DNA of 64,000 nucleotides from Psammoneis japonica. Taxonomy: Eukaryota. Positions 38,419 through 50,220 of the stretch are shown one piece after another. A program made the translations under genes and the position numbers. Under the pieces are notes generated by a model that saw only the letters and a list, made by a program, of their open reading frames with translations, did no database searches and was not told the origin of the DNA. The DNA lies in the NCBI GenBank assembly GCA_008632985.1, contig QPGO01000035.1, forward strand, positions 421,899 to 485,898, in the 5' to 3' direction. How positions within the stretch are numbered: the stretch's first letter is position 1; every line of letters begins with the position of its first letter.

Positions 38419-40086
38419 TCATCTGAGGAAATTGGGCAGCCCCGTCCCGCCATTACTACTTTGTGATGATTCTTCCTCAAACTCGTCGTCATTCTTTTCG
38501 TTCCTGTACACATCATCGTCGGGTGGTGCTTGAAGATGTGTCGACCATTCCGTCACTCGTCGGCTCCGTTCCACATCGAGCAAGTGTCGGGTTTGTTGTA
38601 CCAAATCCCGATTTCGTCGCAACGAATCGACATCGTCCTGATCCGGTACACGAATGAGTGGATTTCCAAAATCGTCCGTCAGCATATTATTGGTATGGGT
38701 GGGTCGTGTTGGCGCTGCTTGTTGTTGCGCTTGTTGTTTTTGTAATTCTTCTGCCTCTTTTTGTTTCTGCTCAATATAGGCAGCCGGCAGTGGTACGAGA
38801 GGATTGCCAAAATCGTCCGTGAGAATGCCGGGTGGTAAATCCGTGTACTTTTTGGAGCTCGGCAATGTCTCTTTTTTTCTTGTTGGATAGAGTGGATTTC
38901 CAAAGCTGTCGGTTGGGTGAATGGGTGGATTCGTTAATTGCGAATTGTAGTCCAAAGATGTAACTTCATGCAGTGCATCGTTGGGAGGCAGAGGATTCCC
39001 CAAATCGTCCGTCATTTCGTTGGCAGCAGGAGTAGTTGAGTCTGTTGGTGCCGTCACCCCATTGCGTTGTTCAGGTACAGTAGCGACTCCCGGCAGAGGA
39101 TTACCAAAATCATCCGTCATTACATTGGCAACAGGCGGAGTCGAGTCTGATGGCGCAGTTACCCCATTGCGTTGCTGAGGTGCAGCGGCAACCCCTGGAA
39201 GAGGATTCCCAAAATCATCCGTCACTACTTGGGAATCAGGTGGCGTCGAGTCGTCTGTTGGTGCTTTCACCCCATTACGTTGCTCAGGCACAGCCGCAGC
39301 AACCAGAGGATTACCAAACTCGTCAGTGGCAATTTCAGAATGACTGGGAAACGCCTCTACAGCATTGTCTATGATAGCATCAGGCAATTTTTCAGGCACA
39401 GCAGCCCCCGCAATAACCGTTGCGCTGGCTCCGTTTTTCTTGTAGACAGCTTTGCTTTCAATCAAGTCATTATGTTGTTGTTTTGTCCCCTCAACGGCTT
39501 GTTGCGCAAGCGTCGGTCGGTTGTGTCCACCACCACATCGCACAATTCCTTCAATGCTCCCCCCCGGTGTAATTGCAAGCTCTTCGGAACAGACATCCCC
39601 AATAATCTCTCCCTCGGCCCCCACAACGAGACGTTCACATTCAATATTACCGTGTACTTTTCCATAGGCCTCCACCGTCTTTACCCCGTGAATATTGGCG
39701 TGCAGTACACCCTCGGTTCCTATTCGAATCAACGTGTCAGCATCATCAGCATCAGCATTAGAAGTACACACAAGCATGTTGACTTGTACCAATCCCGACA
39801 CCAAGAGCGAGTGTGGAAATTTTAAACTCTCCGTGGCCAAGACGGAACCAGCTCCAATGGCAACGGAAAATTGATTCTTGTCATCTCGACGAGAATCTCT
39901 TCGAACCGCCAACGCTGGTCGAAAACGACGGCTTGATTGTGAAGAAACTACTCTGCCGTGTTGAAAACACACGAATCGAGTGACGGAAAACGGTTGTACC
40001 GCCGGCCATGAACATACTACGAGCCCAAATACAATCCAAACACAATTGTATTGTGGTGGTAGGCACCGCGTCGTGTCCTTTTGCAT
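38419..40086 (-). CDS. Bactofilin (polymer-forming beta-helix) domain protein with N-terminal targeting peptide and seven TD(D/E/S)(F/L)GNPL motifs
   Basis: SVAIGAGSVL...LLVSGLVQVNM...IRIGTEGVLHANI...VEAYGKVHGNIECERLVVGAEGEIIGDVCSEELAITPGGSIEG follows the bactofilin G/hydrophobic pattern (~39535-39870). A hydrophobic N-terminus is followed by an Arg/Ser-rich segment. Confidence 0.85.
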   Translation of the reverse strand: MQKDTTRCLPPQYNCVWIVFGLVVCSWPAVQPFSVTRFVCFQHGRVVSSQSSRRFRPALAVRRDSRRDDKNQFSVAIGAGSVLATESLKFPHSLLVSGLVQVNMLVCTSNADADDADTLIRIGTEGVLHANIHGVKTVEAYGKVHGNIECERLVVGAEGEIIGDVCSEELAITPGGSIEGIVRCGGGHNRPTLAQQAVEGTKQQHNDLIESKAVYKKNGASATVIAGAAVPEKLPDAIIDNAVEAFPSHSEIATDEFGNPLVAAAVPEQRNGVKAPTDDSTPPDSQVVTDDFGNPLPGVAAAPQQRNGVTAPSDSTPPVANVMTDDFGNPLPGVATVPEQRNGVTAPTDSTTPAANEMTDDLGNPLPPNDALHEVTSLDYNSQLTNPPIHPTDSFGNPLYPTRKKETLPSSKKYTDLPPGILTDDFGNPLVPLPAAYIEQKQKEAEELQKQQAQQQAAPTRPTHTNNMLTDDFGNPLIRVPDQDDVDSLRRNRDLVQQTRHLLDVERSRRVTEWSTHLQAPPDDDVYRNEKNDDEFEEESSQSSNGGTGLPNFLR

Positions 40087-40498
40087 CGTTTCAGCATCAT
40101 GCTGTTATTTTGCGGCGTCATTGTCGACATGCAAGATTTTGACAGGCGCCAAGAATCATCGCTTCCATACGTAGAAATCTACGGCATTTTTGTACTGAAC
40201 GGAACAGATGCTAATACTGCCACGTGATGGGTGAATCATGTACTAACATTATGAAAACAATAGGTTCTCTATAATTATTATTGATTGTATTTCCCGCGCC
40301 ATGTCCGTTGCACGGCAATGAATTTTATCATGATTGTAGAATCAATAAATGACGCGCGTTTGTTTGCGCGATTTTTTCGAAACGCCCAAAAAATGCCGCC
40401 GACGTTGAGATTCGGCACTTTCTCATTCTCATCATCACTCTTTGTGGTTTGAACGAAACTCTTCTCTTTCAATTGAAAAAGCACAACAACACATAATA

Positions 40499-41272
40499 AT
40501 GTCTCCCATTATTACTACAATTATTTTTGATGTCGACGACACGTTGTATGATGTCGGAACCGGTTTTACCGCACACCGAAACGGATACGGCGCCGAATCC
40601 TTCATGGTGGAAAAGCTTGGCTTTTCAGACGCGGCATCCGCCAAGGTGGTACGGGACGAATACTTTTCTCGTTTCCACTCCACGGCCAAGGGACTGACGG
40701 TTGCACAAGACGAGGGACGCTTGCCAAAGGGAGCGACATTTGATGCATTGGAATTAGCCGACTGGTGGGCCACCAAATTGGACTATTCGCTCTTGGAGTC
40801 TAGCAAAAACGAAAAAGTACATTTCGATTTAGCTTTGTGTCCACTCCAATTGGTTGCCTTTTCCAATGGCCCACGCAAGTATGTCAAGCGTGTCTTGATG
40901 GAGTTGGGATTGTTTGATTTGTTTGGAGAATCACGGTTGTTTGCCGTCAATGACGTTTTGCCACATTGCAAACCAGAACCAGCATCCTTTCAATTTGTAT
41001 TGGATGCGGTGGGTGCCAAGGCGGACCATTGTGTTTTGGTCGAAGACAGCATGAAGAATATACGAATCGCCAAGCAAATGGGAATGAAAACGGTACTCGT
41101 GACGGGTTTGGAACGACACGATGCGGCGACGGCGGCGGCAGAAGCAACAAAGGCGGGGGATGCGCCTTGTGTAGATGATCCAGCAGTCGATGTGAGCATA
41201 CAGAGTATAAATGAGTTTCGAGCAACCTTTCCGGGGCTTTGGCAGACTCCTGCCGTTTTTGAACAAGAATAG
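40499..41272 (+). CDS. HAD hydrolase, pyrimidine 5'-nucleotidase (SDT1-like)
   Basis: IFDVDDTLY, FSNG, CKPEP and VEDSMKNI. Confidence 0.9.
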   Translation: MSPIITTIIFDVDDTLYDVGTGFTAHRNGYGAESFMVEKLGFSDAASAKVVRDEYFSRFHSTAKGLTVAQDEGRLPKGATFDALELADWWATKLDYSLLESSKNEKVHFDLALCPLQLVAFSNGPRKYVKRVLMELGLFDLFGESRLFAVNDVLPHCKPEPASFQFVLDAVGAKADHCVLVEDSMKNIRIAKQMGMKTVLVTGLERHDAATAAAEATKAGDAPCVDDPAVDVSIQSINEFRATFPGLWQTPAVFEQE

Positions 41273-41400
41273 AAAAATTCAACTTTGCATCTCTAGAGAG
41301 AAAGTGGCGAGGATAAAGGAGGAGAAGCGTCCTCGGATTTTTGTTAAACGCTACTTTTAGAGAAACTAGAGACTTGAAGCATTGGTTACAATCACGTCTC

Positions 41401-42834
41401 TTACGTCTCACGCATGGACCGTGCAATGGCTTCGGCAATCATTTCCTCTTCGGTCATTTCTTCGTCGTTTCTGGATCCGGATGCATTGTTGTTGGACGTT
41501 CCATTGCTCTGAGCACCCGAGTTTGATGTCGTATTGGGGGGCGCACCACTACTCGTCGGTGCAACGTTGTTGCTGTTACCAGTTCCGCCGGGAGCACCAA
41601 ATCCGCCAGAGTTGCCAAATCCAGAATTGCCACCAAATCCACCCATTCCAGAGTTGCCACCCATTCCAGAAGAGTTCATCATGGCTTGCATCTGACGAAC
41701 CATGTTGGGGTCCTGCATCATTTGGCTGAGTTGATTCAATTGTTCCGGATTGGATGCCAATGCGTCCAAGTTTTGCCGAAGCATGGGATCGTTGGCAAAC
41801 CTAGGATCCCGTTCCATCATTTGACGCACAAATGGATTCTGAATAACAAAAAAAAGATGATGAGAACATCATGTCAGCCAAACGACATATAAACCGTTGA
41901 TACAGGTATCTGTAGTAGCGTAACTTACCTGAAGCATCCGCTGCATGGCTTGCGGATCGGACATTAGATTGGCTACTGCACTTTCCATACCCGGAGGAAT
42001 ATTTCCGACACCTCCTCCGGGAGCTCCCATTCCACCAGGAAATCCCATACTACCCGAAGCACCAGCTCCGACGGCTGGGAAACCAGACGCAGCAGCCGGG
42101 GGAGGCGCAGCGCTTGCGGTAGCCCGTTGCGCATCCGCCACGGCTCTCGACACGGCCTCCTTGCTGGCCACCAGCTTGGGCCAAGCCTCGGCACTGGCTT
42201 GCATCTGGTAGCATTCATCTCCATCAATGGTTTCAATAGTAAATCCAACAGCCTTCATGGCGTCATCGCCTCCGGCCAATCCGCCCAAACGGCGCTGAAA
42301 GGCTGCGTTTTGTTTCTTGACCTTGCGGTACTTTTCCTCCATGGGATGAGACGTAATGTTGACCAGAATCTTTTCAAGAGTCTGAACGGCAGTCAAATAC
42401 ACACTAGATTCGTTGGAAGATTTTAACGTAGTCAGAGCCATAGCAAGCGGATCTCCTCCAGTAGCAGAAGTGGTAGCCGCTGCTGGTGCTGCTGTCTGAG
42501 AAATCGTAACAGAAGACCCTGCAGCGCTGCTTCTAATTGGAGTTGCCGCAGGAGCAGCTTCTACTGGACTGCTGTTTTCTTGTGGCTTTCCCATACAGTG
42601 AATGACACAGCCATCTTCTAATTTGAATTCCGACACAACCTCTTTGGTTTCATCCTCGGCAATTAAACGGCCACGAAAAATAAGTTTCAGAGAGGCCAGT
42701 GGAATGTTTGTCGCGGTGGCCGCCTCGGAACGAAGCTGAGATGCGGTTGCCGTTTTGGAAATCGTAACGGGAATACGAGGAGCCGACGGAGCTGCCGTCA
42801 AGGTCAAGTGAAACGTTAGCGTATCGTTGCTCAT
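41401..42834 (-). CDS. Ubiquitin-like + PUB + STI1-like + UIM protein (p97/proteasome adaptor type)
   Basis: LKLIFRGRLI (UBL), LEKILVNITSHPMEEKYRKVKKQNAAF (PUB) and MTEEEMIAEAIARSM (UIM). GT-AG intron 41839-41928. Confidence 0.88.
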
Positions 42835-42967
42835 GGCGCAATTACCCCGACGCTCATTGCGTCTATGACGAAATGACGACAAACGAAAGCCGACGATTTT
42901 TTCTCGCGCGTCGATCGCGCACGATTCCACAGACACAATGACACACAAAAAAGAGGTGACACGTTTC

Positions 42968-44452
42968 CTCTCACATTTTGGCGTTTCGCGATTCGCGAAC
43001 CCCACCATCAGAACCCAGATAATTGCGACGACACCTTCTGCTTTTTGAAATCTGTTGGGCAATCCAATGCGATGGGTTAGAAATGATTCAGTTTTTAAAA
43101 TAAAACGGTGAAAATACAGTGACTCCTGCACTTGGTCTCTCTACCATTAGTTTATTGTCCACTTGTCTTGTTTCTTCTTCTACCTGTCTGCAACAATCAG
43201 TTGATAAAAGGTCCTCTCTAGTTTCGTCATATCATTCCATGACAAAATGGATGTTATGATTCGACGTAATGTGTTGGTTGTTCATTCCGAACATCGTCAA
43301 CGCACACCGGCAACAACGCAAAGCCGAGCAGTCAGGAAAGAAGTGAATGAGAAGAAGCCGAAATTCTTGGTTCGTTTAAACGAATCAAGTAGTAGGATTC
43401 GGTTTCCGCTATTGTGTAAGAGCGATCCTCCTAAACTTCATCCATCAGAGGCTTTGACAGGCGACGTACCGGGAGCTTATACTTGGTGTTGTGCCATGTG
43501 GTGTCACGGCATGGTATCTTATTCAGAGGGTCCGACTTCCTTCTAGTTGTACGCATAGCGAAAACTCCAAGACCCAAAACTCACCTCATAGCTCAAAGAA
43601 TAAATCTATCTACACAATTTCAATTTGATGTAATATGAAGCCTAATAGTATACTTTAATTTATGAAATAACAGCGTTGTCTCGTTTCTTTCTGTCTCGTT
43701 TTCTTTTCCAATAGACAACACACGCACAATAATCACACGCAAATCTCGCCTCCAATACACAAGTCATCCAATAACTTGGAGGCGGCGCGGATCTTCCTTG
43801 GGTTCTCTCCCTCTCTCTAGGGATCGTCTAGTGTGCCGGCAAAATAAATGAGATCTGTGTTAGGGGCCGGTGGACAGGGAGGAGCAGGCGCTAGTCCAGC
43901 CTCTTGAGCTGGTACGGGTACGCCTCCACTGGATCCAGTGGATGATGAGCTGCTTGAACCAGTGGATCCAGCGGATGATGAGCTGCTTGATCCCGATCCT
44001 GAACCAGAAGAATAGTAGGGAAGCTGGCGGCCGCGCATTCCATGTCTCTGAGCATTTGCATCGTTACTGAGAGCAACTCCCAGGGACGCAAACAACAAAC
44101 CGACTTGAAGGAACTTCATTGCGTGATTGACTTCTTGTGCAAAAAGTGTTTTATTATGAGAAGCCCTACAAGAGGCGAAGATGGAAGTACTTCAGTCGTT
44201 GTTGATGGCTTTCAAAGAATCATCGAAAGCGGGATGCTGACACCCAGAACACAATCGAATCTTCTTTTTGAATTTTCAAGTTTCAAATTGTTTGATACTG
44301 AAGCAAAAGGATTCCAATAAACGGAATCTTGCTTCACCACGATTTTAAGAATTGAGACAATTCCTATTGTCGAAAGACTGGAGAAGATACGAACCTTGTG
44401 AGACTTCTTTTGATGGATTCCGGTCGTGGCAAAATGTTCTGCTCTTCTTGCA
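42968..44452. repeat. Segmental duplication, copy A (direct repeat of ~61119-63100)
   Basis: Colinear shared blocks, e.g. ttttgaaatctgttgggcaatccaa, catggtatcttattc, gtctcgttttcttttccaatagac, acacaatcgaatcttctttttga and gtcgtggcaaaatgttctgctctt. Confidence 0.93.
43817..44119 (-). CDS. Small secreted Ser/Gly-rich protein with RxL (RQL) motif, 100 aa
   Basis: Signal peptide MKFLQVGLLFASLGVALS, RHGMRGRQL, and a paralog at 61992-62765. Confidence 0.8.
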   Translation of the reverse strand: MKFLQVGLLFASLGVALSNDANAQRHGMRGRQLPYYSSGSGSGSSSSSSAGSTGSSSSSSTGSSGGVPVPAQEAGLAPAPPCPPAPNTDLIYFAGTLDDP

Positions 44453-44699
44453 CGTAGATGTATGTATGTACAGTATTGTCTTTGAACAACCTAAATTCGT
44501 ATGACGCTATACGGATACAATAATTAGTACATAGGACCCTATGTTCTACATAGCTAATGCTGTAACAGAAATGTCAATCGCACTGTAGAATTCTATGTAC
44601 CGCAGTACAAGATCATTCACATTTTGCATTCCAAAACGACGCCCACAAAACCTTGCCAAAAGAGCAAGAGTGGAGACTCGAGAACTTTCCCTTCATGCG

Positions 44700-47050
44700 A
44701 GTGAGGAAGGACAAGCAAAGAGATTGAGCGAGAAGACGTGCTGCAATTGCACCTTGGGGTCAACTTGCCAAACATGTGGTTGCTCATGGGTGCCAAAAAC
44801 ATGGCAGACCACGCACCTCCTGTGTTTGCTTCCACAAACGCAAGAACAAGAAAGGACTCTCAACTTGCAGCACAAGCAACAGGCATTTGGACAAGAAGCA
44901 ATGGAAACTTCAAACCTTCCCAGAATCCAGTCCAATTCAGCCGAAAGTTTGTCAACTCATCAACGACACCCCTGATGTTGCCGACAAACAAACAAAAACC
45001 AGGCCAACACCGAAGCCAACAAAGAAAACATTGCACCCAACAATCAAGAGATGGACACTGATGAGGGCAGAACCAATGAGGAAGTTGACACTGCCACAAG
45101 GAACAGTGTGCAGTTGGAGGACAGACAGGGCTTGAGAAGGGGCTGTCGTTCCGTCAATTGACTGCACCATGACACACCCAATGACTTCAATTCAAAAGCA
45201 AAACAGACCACACACAAGAAGTGTGGCAAGACATGTCATCTCAGCTGTGGCACTGAACTGGATGGTGGAATGTTGGATGACAAGACAGGGCAAGAGCATT
45301 GGCGCCGGCCAGTGTCCCACCCATCGCAATGATGCGACGTGCCAAATGGCTCGATTGGCAAACGATTCATTGCAACATTGGCACAGCTGCTGCACGGAGT
45401 CATGATGTGGAAGTGGAACTTGGAAAGATTCACAGCACATCAAATGGTTGTTTTGTGGTGGGACCACAATGCAAAAGGAGTGAAAGATGTCAGAACTTTG
45501 CTGAGCACGCGCACGGACGATTGGGACGCAGGCAAGCACAAAATGCTGATCCAGTCAGCAGAGCGGCTGCTCACAAAGCTGACCTGAAGACCACTCAGAA
45601 GGAGGAGATGCCTGAACAGTGTGCTGAGACATTCAACAGAATGGTGCTCCAAGGGAACCCAAGAGGAGCAGTTGGGCACATCTGTGAATGCGAGAAAGAG
45701 GTGGAATTCTCTCACTGGATGACATCGACGAAAAAACCAAGAACGACTCAGTGTTTGAGGTGCTTTAGAAAAAGCATCCAAATCAGAGGATCCCAAACAA
45801 TGAAGACCATTTTCACAAATTCAGTGAGCTGCCCAAGCTCCAGGACATCCTTGCCACCAAAATGGCGCCATCAAGACCATCGCACGCAGACTGTCCGGGG
45901 GCGCAGGACTTGGTGGATCTGATGCCAATGCTGTGTCAGAATGGCTTCTCCATCACAGAAAAGCCAGTGGATTGCTCAGAGAAGCATCACGCATGTTTGC
46001 AAACTGGCCAGAAAACAAGCAACCCCATGGGCTGCATGTCATGCAATCATGGCAAAGCAACTTGTCACGCTAGACAAAAATCTGGGCATGCATCCGGTCG
46101 GCATGGGGGAAGCATGGCAACAAGCCACTGCCAAAGCTGTTCTCCCAGTTGCCAGAGCAGAAGCCAAGAAAGCTTGTGGGACAGACCAGCTGTGTGCTGG
46201 GCTGGAAGCATGCATTGAAGGTGCCATCCACACAACGAGCATGCTCTGGGAGCAACGCAAATTCGGATGCATGTGACTGTTGGTTGGCAGAAAAAGCTGA
46301 GTCATGGACCTTGGTCATCCAGGGACTTGCCAAGATCACAATTCACCACCCTCAGACTGCCTGTGCCGGTCTGCAGAAGTCTCCACAACACCAGTGGCAA
46401 CATGTCCAGCATGCAGCAAAGGACTGTGGCAAATGTTTGCCGATGCAGAGCACGAGACACAGTGCAATTTTCTGTCGGTGCCGATCAGTGAGACCCCAAC
46501 CAACGATGACCCAAGACCAGCCCTGTCTGCCCTCCCAATCAAATTTTCGGGACTGTCCATCCCTCATCCAACAGAGTCTGCAGCTCACAACTGTGAAGCA
46601 AGTGCTCTCACGTGCTCCCACATGATCAACTCACTCTGCGGCCGCTCCCAGTTCTCCTCCGCAGTCCACAAGGACACCATGCGCAAAGTGAAACAAGAAG
46701 CAGCCAATCAAAAAGTTAAAGCACATGGGAGACCCTCAAAATGATCCTCAGGACCCTGTCCTGCCTTCAGGCCAGAGCTGTCAAGTGCAGCACCAAGACT
46801 GGAGTGTGGCTGTCAGCATGCCCTTCGACACTGAATGGCACAGAACTCTCATGCCAACAGTTCCGTGACACGCTCTTCTTGTGGCATGGCGGCACTCCGC
46901 CAGACCTCTTGGAGCACTGCAATGGATGTGGATGCAAGTTCTCCATCAACCACACCCTCTGGTGCAAGAAGGGTGGCCTGGTCATCTCATGACATGATGA
47001 AGTGTGTGACAACCTGGGTGACCTGATTGGCAAGGCTTGCAAATCATCAT
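44700..47050 (+). mobile_element. CRE-like non-LTR retrotransposon relic (RT + zinc finger), internally deleted
   Basis: LDKNLGMHPVGMGEAWQQ...ACGTDQLCAGLEACIEGAIH (cf. RPIGIGE..RR...QLCAGLEAG.EGAIH), HPQTACAGLQKS, LPIKFSGLSIP and GTELSCQQFRD...CNGCGCKFSINHTLWCKKGG. Confidence 0.8.
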
Positions 47051-47229
47051 GTGACAACCAGGTGACCCAATTGGCAAGGCTTGCAAACCTTCCCATGCAC
47101 GTGACAAACCATGCATGCCATGGTGGCATCACATTCCTTGGCAAAAGTTGGGTCATTTGCCTTGAGTTCCAAAGTGAATTTACATGTCCAGCACAGCCGT
47201 TGGAGCATCCAGAGTGAGCGGGAAGCAGT

Positions 47230-50220
47230 GTGAGAAACCCAGAAAAAAGGAAATTGTTGAAGAGAAGATGCTTCAGCTGCCAACGTGGTGGATCTGGCAA
47301 CACTTTGAGAATGATCAAGGTGTGTGTCTGGCAAGGCCCCAGAAGACATGGCATGCATGACTTTTGCTCTGGTGAGAGTCCAACGTTGCAGATGGCATCT
47401 GCAGCGGTGCCGGCAGCATCAGCCACAGATTGCCAGAGTGAGGCAAACAAGTGGGCCAGAGAGGAAAGGCAGCTGGAGCATGATTGCAAGATCAAGTTGC
47501 ATGACTGCAATGAGAAAAGTCAAGAAGCTCAACAAAGAGAACAAGAGTGCTGCATTTGCAGCAATCCTGGACAATTGCTGCTTGGGGCCAATGAGCAAAG
47601 ATTGCAGGCTGATCTCAGTTGCCCGAGCATCAGGGATGACCCAATTGAGCTGCTGAAATTGATCCAGTCACTTGCGCTCCACTCCTTGAGAGGTCAACAC
47701 CCATTCCATTTGCTTGTCAAGTCCCTGAAGCTCACACTGGATGTGAGACAACAAGAGATGAGTGTCACTGAATGACTGCCTGTCAAGATTTAAGAATCAA
47801 AGAGACATTGCAAGGAAAATCTCAGTGGAAAGAAGCCAGATTGATTCATGATCATGAATGCCAAGGAGTGCAAGAATTGCACCAACACAGCAGATCAGAA
47901 AGCACTGAAGGACACTGCATTCAAGACATGGACCACATGTTTGTTTGTGGAGAACAGCAATGACCACACCGCTGCAAGAGCCTCAAGAAGAGCCTTGTGA
48001 GAGACCACAGCCTGGGGAGGGACTCTCATCCCAAGATCCTTGACAAGGCAATGGATGTGCTGCTGAACCATCCCAAAGACAACCTTTCAAACAAGAGGCA
48101 GAGCAAGAAGAGTGATGAACATCCAAACAACAAGAAAGATGACAAGAGCAATGACAAGTCCAAGAATCTGCAAGACCAGAGTCATGCACAGAGTGGCAAG
48201 ACAACATGCCATGGTTGTGTTGAGCCAAACCACAAGTCCCCAAACTGCAGGCACAACAATGAGATTCTGCAGAAGTGCTGGTGCAAGAACACCAGTGAGA
48301 AATTGCATGCCAGGGAACACAGTCACACACAGAGAGACAAAGACAATTTGTCTGTGATCAGCGACAATGCCAGCATTGATGCCTGCAACTGGCATGGGTT
48401 CCAAGCAGATGAACAGGCCAAAGATGGGGCAGAGAGAAGTTTGAGCCAAGGACATTTGCATCAAGTCAAATGAGATCATCGTCAATGACAGTTCTGCCCT
48501 TGGCACAGCAGCAAGTCAGAAACGGGTGCACAATGTGCAACCAGCAAGGATCAAGATTGGTCTGTCCACCAACACTGGAGTGGACACTTCAGACAGAGAC
48601 TGCACTGTGCCAGGATGGGGTGACATGAAGAAGCTTGGATCACAAAACATGACAGAAAACATCCTGAGTCAAAAGGATGTGAAGAGCAAGCACTCATCCA
48701 TTGGACTAAAAGACTGGCAGACAAGTTGTGGTGTGTTCAAAGTTGACGACATTGGGCTGCATGCATTTGCACCAAGCCAGTGATTCCATGACCATGAAAA
48801 AAAACTGCAAGAAGATGAGTTGCATGTGAGCATGCTGTCAAAGGAATGAAAAGAAGGTCACAAAGAAGACCAACAAGAAGCACAGGAGCGCACACTGGGA
48901 GAGTGCATCAGGAGCCATTGTTCCAACTGTGAAACAGAACATGAAAGGCTGCACCAAATGAGCAACAGCAAGTGCTGAGGAAGCACTCAAACCACACTGC
49001 AAAGCCAAAATGCCCAGTGTGAGGGATTTCAAGCCACTTTTATGATCCAATTGGGTGAAAAACCCATCCATCATTCCTGAAAACGTGAACAGAATGGTGG
49101 CCATTTGGGGTCCACCAGCAGATGCACTGTGAAAGGCAAGTCAAGACCAAGCAAGCACACCACTCCTGTGAGAGGAACAACACTGTTGCAACTCCACCTG
49201 AAATTTACAAAAAGAAGAAGAAGAGAGAAGGTGTGACTCTCTGCACTGATGTCACAGAAGCATGCAGTGTCAAGATGCTGCACATGGTTAACAAGACAAT
49301 CAAGCATTGATGAGGTGTGAGACTGAAGTCCAAGAGAAACATGCACTTGTGTTTGCAAAGCCTTGGACATGATTCTCCAACAGCACAGTGTGGCCCTGTT
49401 CAAAGTTGACTTTGTAGAGTGTGATCCAGAGTTCAAGGACACACTGGCAGAAGTCACGGATGGCATGAATCTGGAACTTGTTGCATCTGCAAATGCCAAC
49501 GATCATGTCCCCAAAGTTGAGTGAAGCATCCAGACCATCAAGGAGCAAACCAGAGCCACTGCACATGACATGCCATGCAAGACAACACCCATGTTGATGT
49601 GCGAGCAAGCCGTGATCAAGAGCGCTGTCATGTGGAACATGCACTGGCAACAGGAAGGGATTTCCAACACTTGCGGTCCACACACCATCATGCGTGAAGA
49701 GTCTGAACAAGACAAAGAACCCCAGGAGAATGCAACAAGATGGGGAGGTGAACGATTGGAGGAAGATGGCAAGTGTGTTGTGCTGAGCAGGATTGCAAAA
49801 TGCAGAGCATCTTTCAACATGAAGGCAGACACCAGAAAAGCAGCAAGGGAGCAACACACAAGCTCAAGTGCTGCCATCATCTGTGCACCAATGTGAGCCC
49901 CAATGCAAAGGACAATGTTGAGTGTGAAGTGGAGACAGCAATGGTGCTTGCGTGCTTCATGTGAGAGATTGATGGCCAACTCTGAAAGCAACATTTGCTC
50001 CACAAAGGCCTCAAAGCATTTGGCCAGAAGGAGCATGATGCCTCAGAGAAAGAAATCAAACATTTGCACAACTGAGTGTGCTTTGCACCATGCACCAGTG
50101 TCAGTCAAGGATGTGACTCTGACTGAAAGGAGGGCCAAGGCCATGGCAGCCTTGATGTTTCCAACCAAGAAACGAGATGGTTGTGCAAAAAGGCAAATGG
50201 TCTGCTGTTGACGCCCATGA
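47230..50220 (+). mobile_element. Copia (CoDi-like) LTR retrotransposon relic: gag, integrase, start of RT
   Basis: DDPIELLKLI, DHSLGRDSHPKILDKAMDVL, knuckle CHGCVEPNHKSPNC, integrase DPEF...DHVPKVE*SIQTIKEQTRA and RT LMFPTKKRDG. Confidence 0.8.

Noticed and set aside
40290..40300. E2F-like site TTTCCCGCGCC between the bactofilin and HAD genes (similar 8-mers at ~12101 and ~17683)
   Set aside because: Short motif expected by chance, with no functional support.
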